DNA from: a virus
DNA: 64,000 bases
IMG/VR virus record: IMGVR_UViG_3300045258_000102
Span: 1-64,000 of that record
Strand: one strand, 5' to 3'
The notes under the pieces were generated by a model, which was given only the letters and a program-made list of their open reading frames with translations, ran no database searches and was not told where the DNA came from. Positions 63,890-64,000 of the stretch are shown one piece after another. Made by a program: the position numbers and the translations under genes. Within the stretch, counting starts at the first letter, position 1. Each line of letters opens with the position of its first letter.

Positions 63890-64000
63890 TGATTAGCTCC
63901 TGTTGGTGGCCACTGACAGTGGCACGTACTTCGGGCAACCGTAGACCGCCTTCGGCACGAAGTCGCCCATCGCCTCGTACTTGGCCAGCCGCTTGCGAAT

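Noticed and set aside
1-64000. CRISPR array, DGR/retron reverse transcriptase, IS transposase, rRNA
   Set aside because: I saw no regularly spaced repeats, YxDD reverse-transcriptase ORF, DDE transposase or rRNA-like sequence by eye.

Overview
The window is about 64 kb of one GC-rich tailed-phage or prophage genome; neither end is visible. From left to right it contains five blocks. (1) The C-terminus of a PEP-CTERM protein, then a promoter, a hairpin RNA and an HNH gene on the + strand. (2) A 33-kb minus-strand virion operon of podovirus type: accessory BNR/LamG and trypsin-like proteins, TerS-like, TerL, portal, scaffold, major capsid, adaptor and nozzle, a beta-helix tailspike and three ejection proteins including a 2208-aa HExxH protein. 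There is no tape-measure or sheath gene. (3) A control and accessory junction at 33.4-36.4 kb with two DUF6527-like genes, a hairpin-rich stretch of about 700 nt with no credible ORF, and several promoters. (4) A + strand early cluster ending in HTH, NUMOD4-HNH and serine recombinase genes. (5) A minus-strand arm with a candidate lysis cluster (holin-like proteins, thioredoxin, papain C1 and C92 peptidases, no recognisable muramidase), a DNA methyltransferase, a HerA-like ATPase, RusA and DUF1376/DUF6475 replication genes. The PEP-CTERM tags and EPSCG-type Cys-rich proteins suggest a Planctomycetota host (inference). The most unusual signals are a GH10 + internal PEP-CTERM + second signal peptide + CAP polyprotein, a perfect 22-bp inverted repeat/promoter bracketing the virion operon, a hairpin RNA ahead of the HNH gene, a nested ORF with a possible -1 frameshift into TerS, and a protease/thioredoxin lysis module. 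All protein calls come from motif recognition by eye; no database searches were run.
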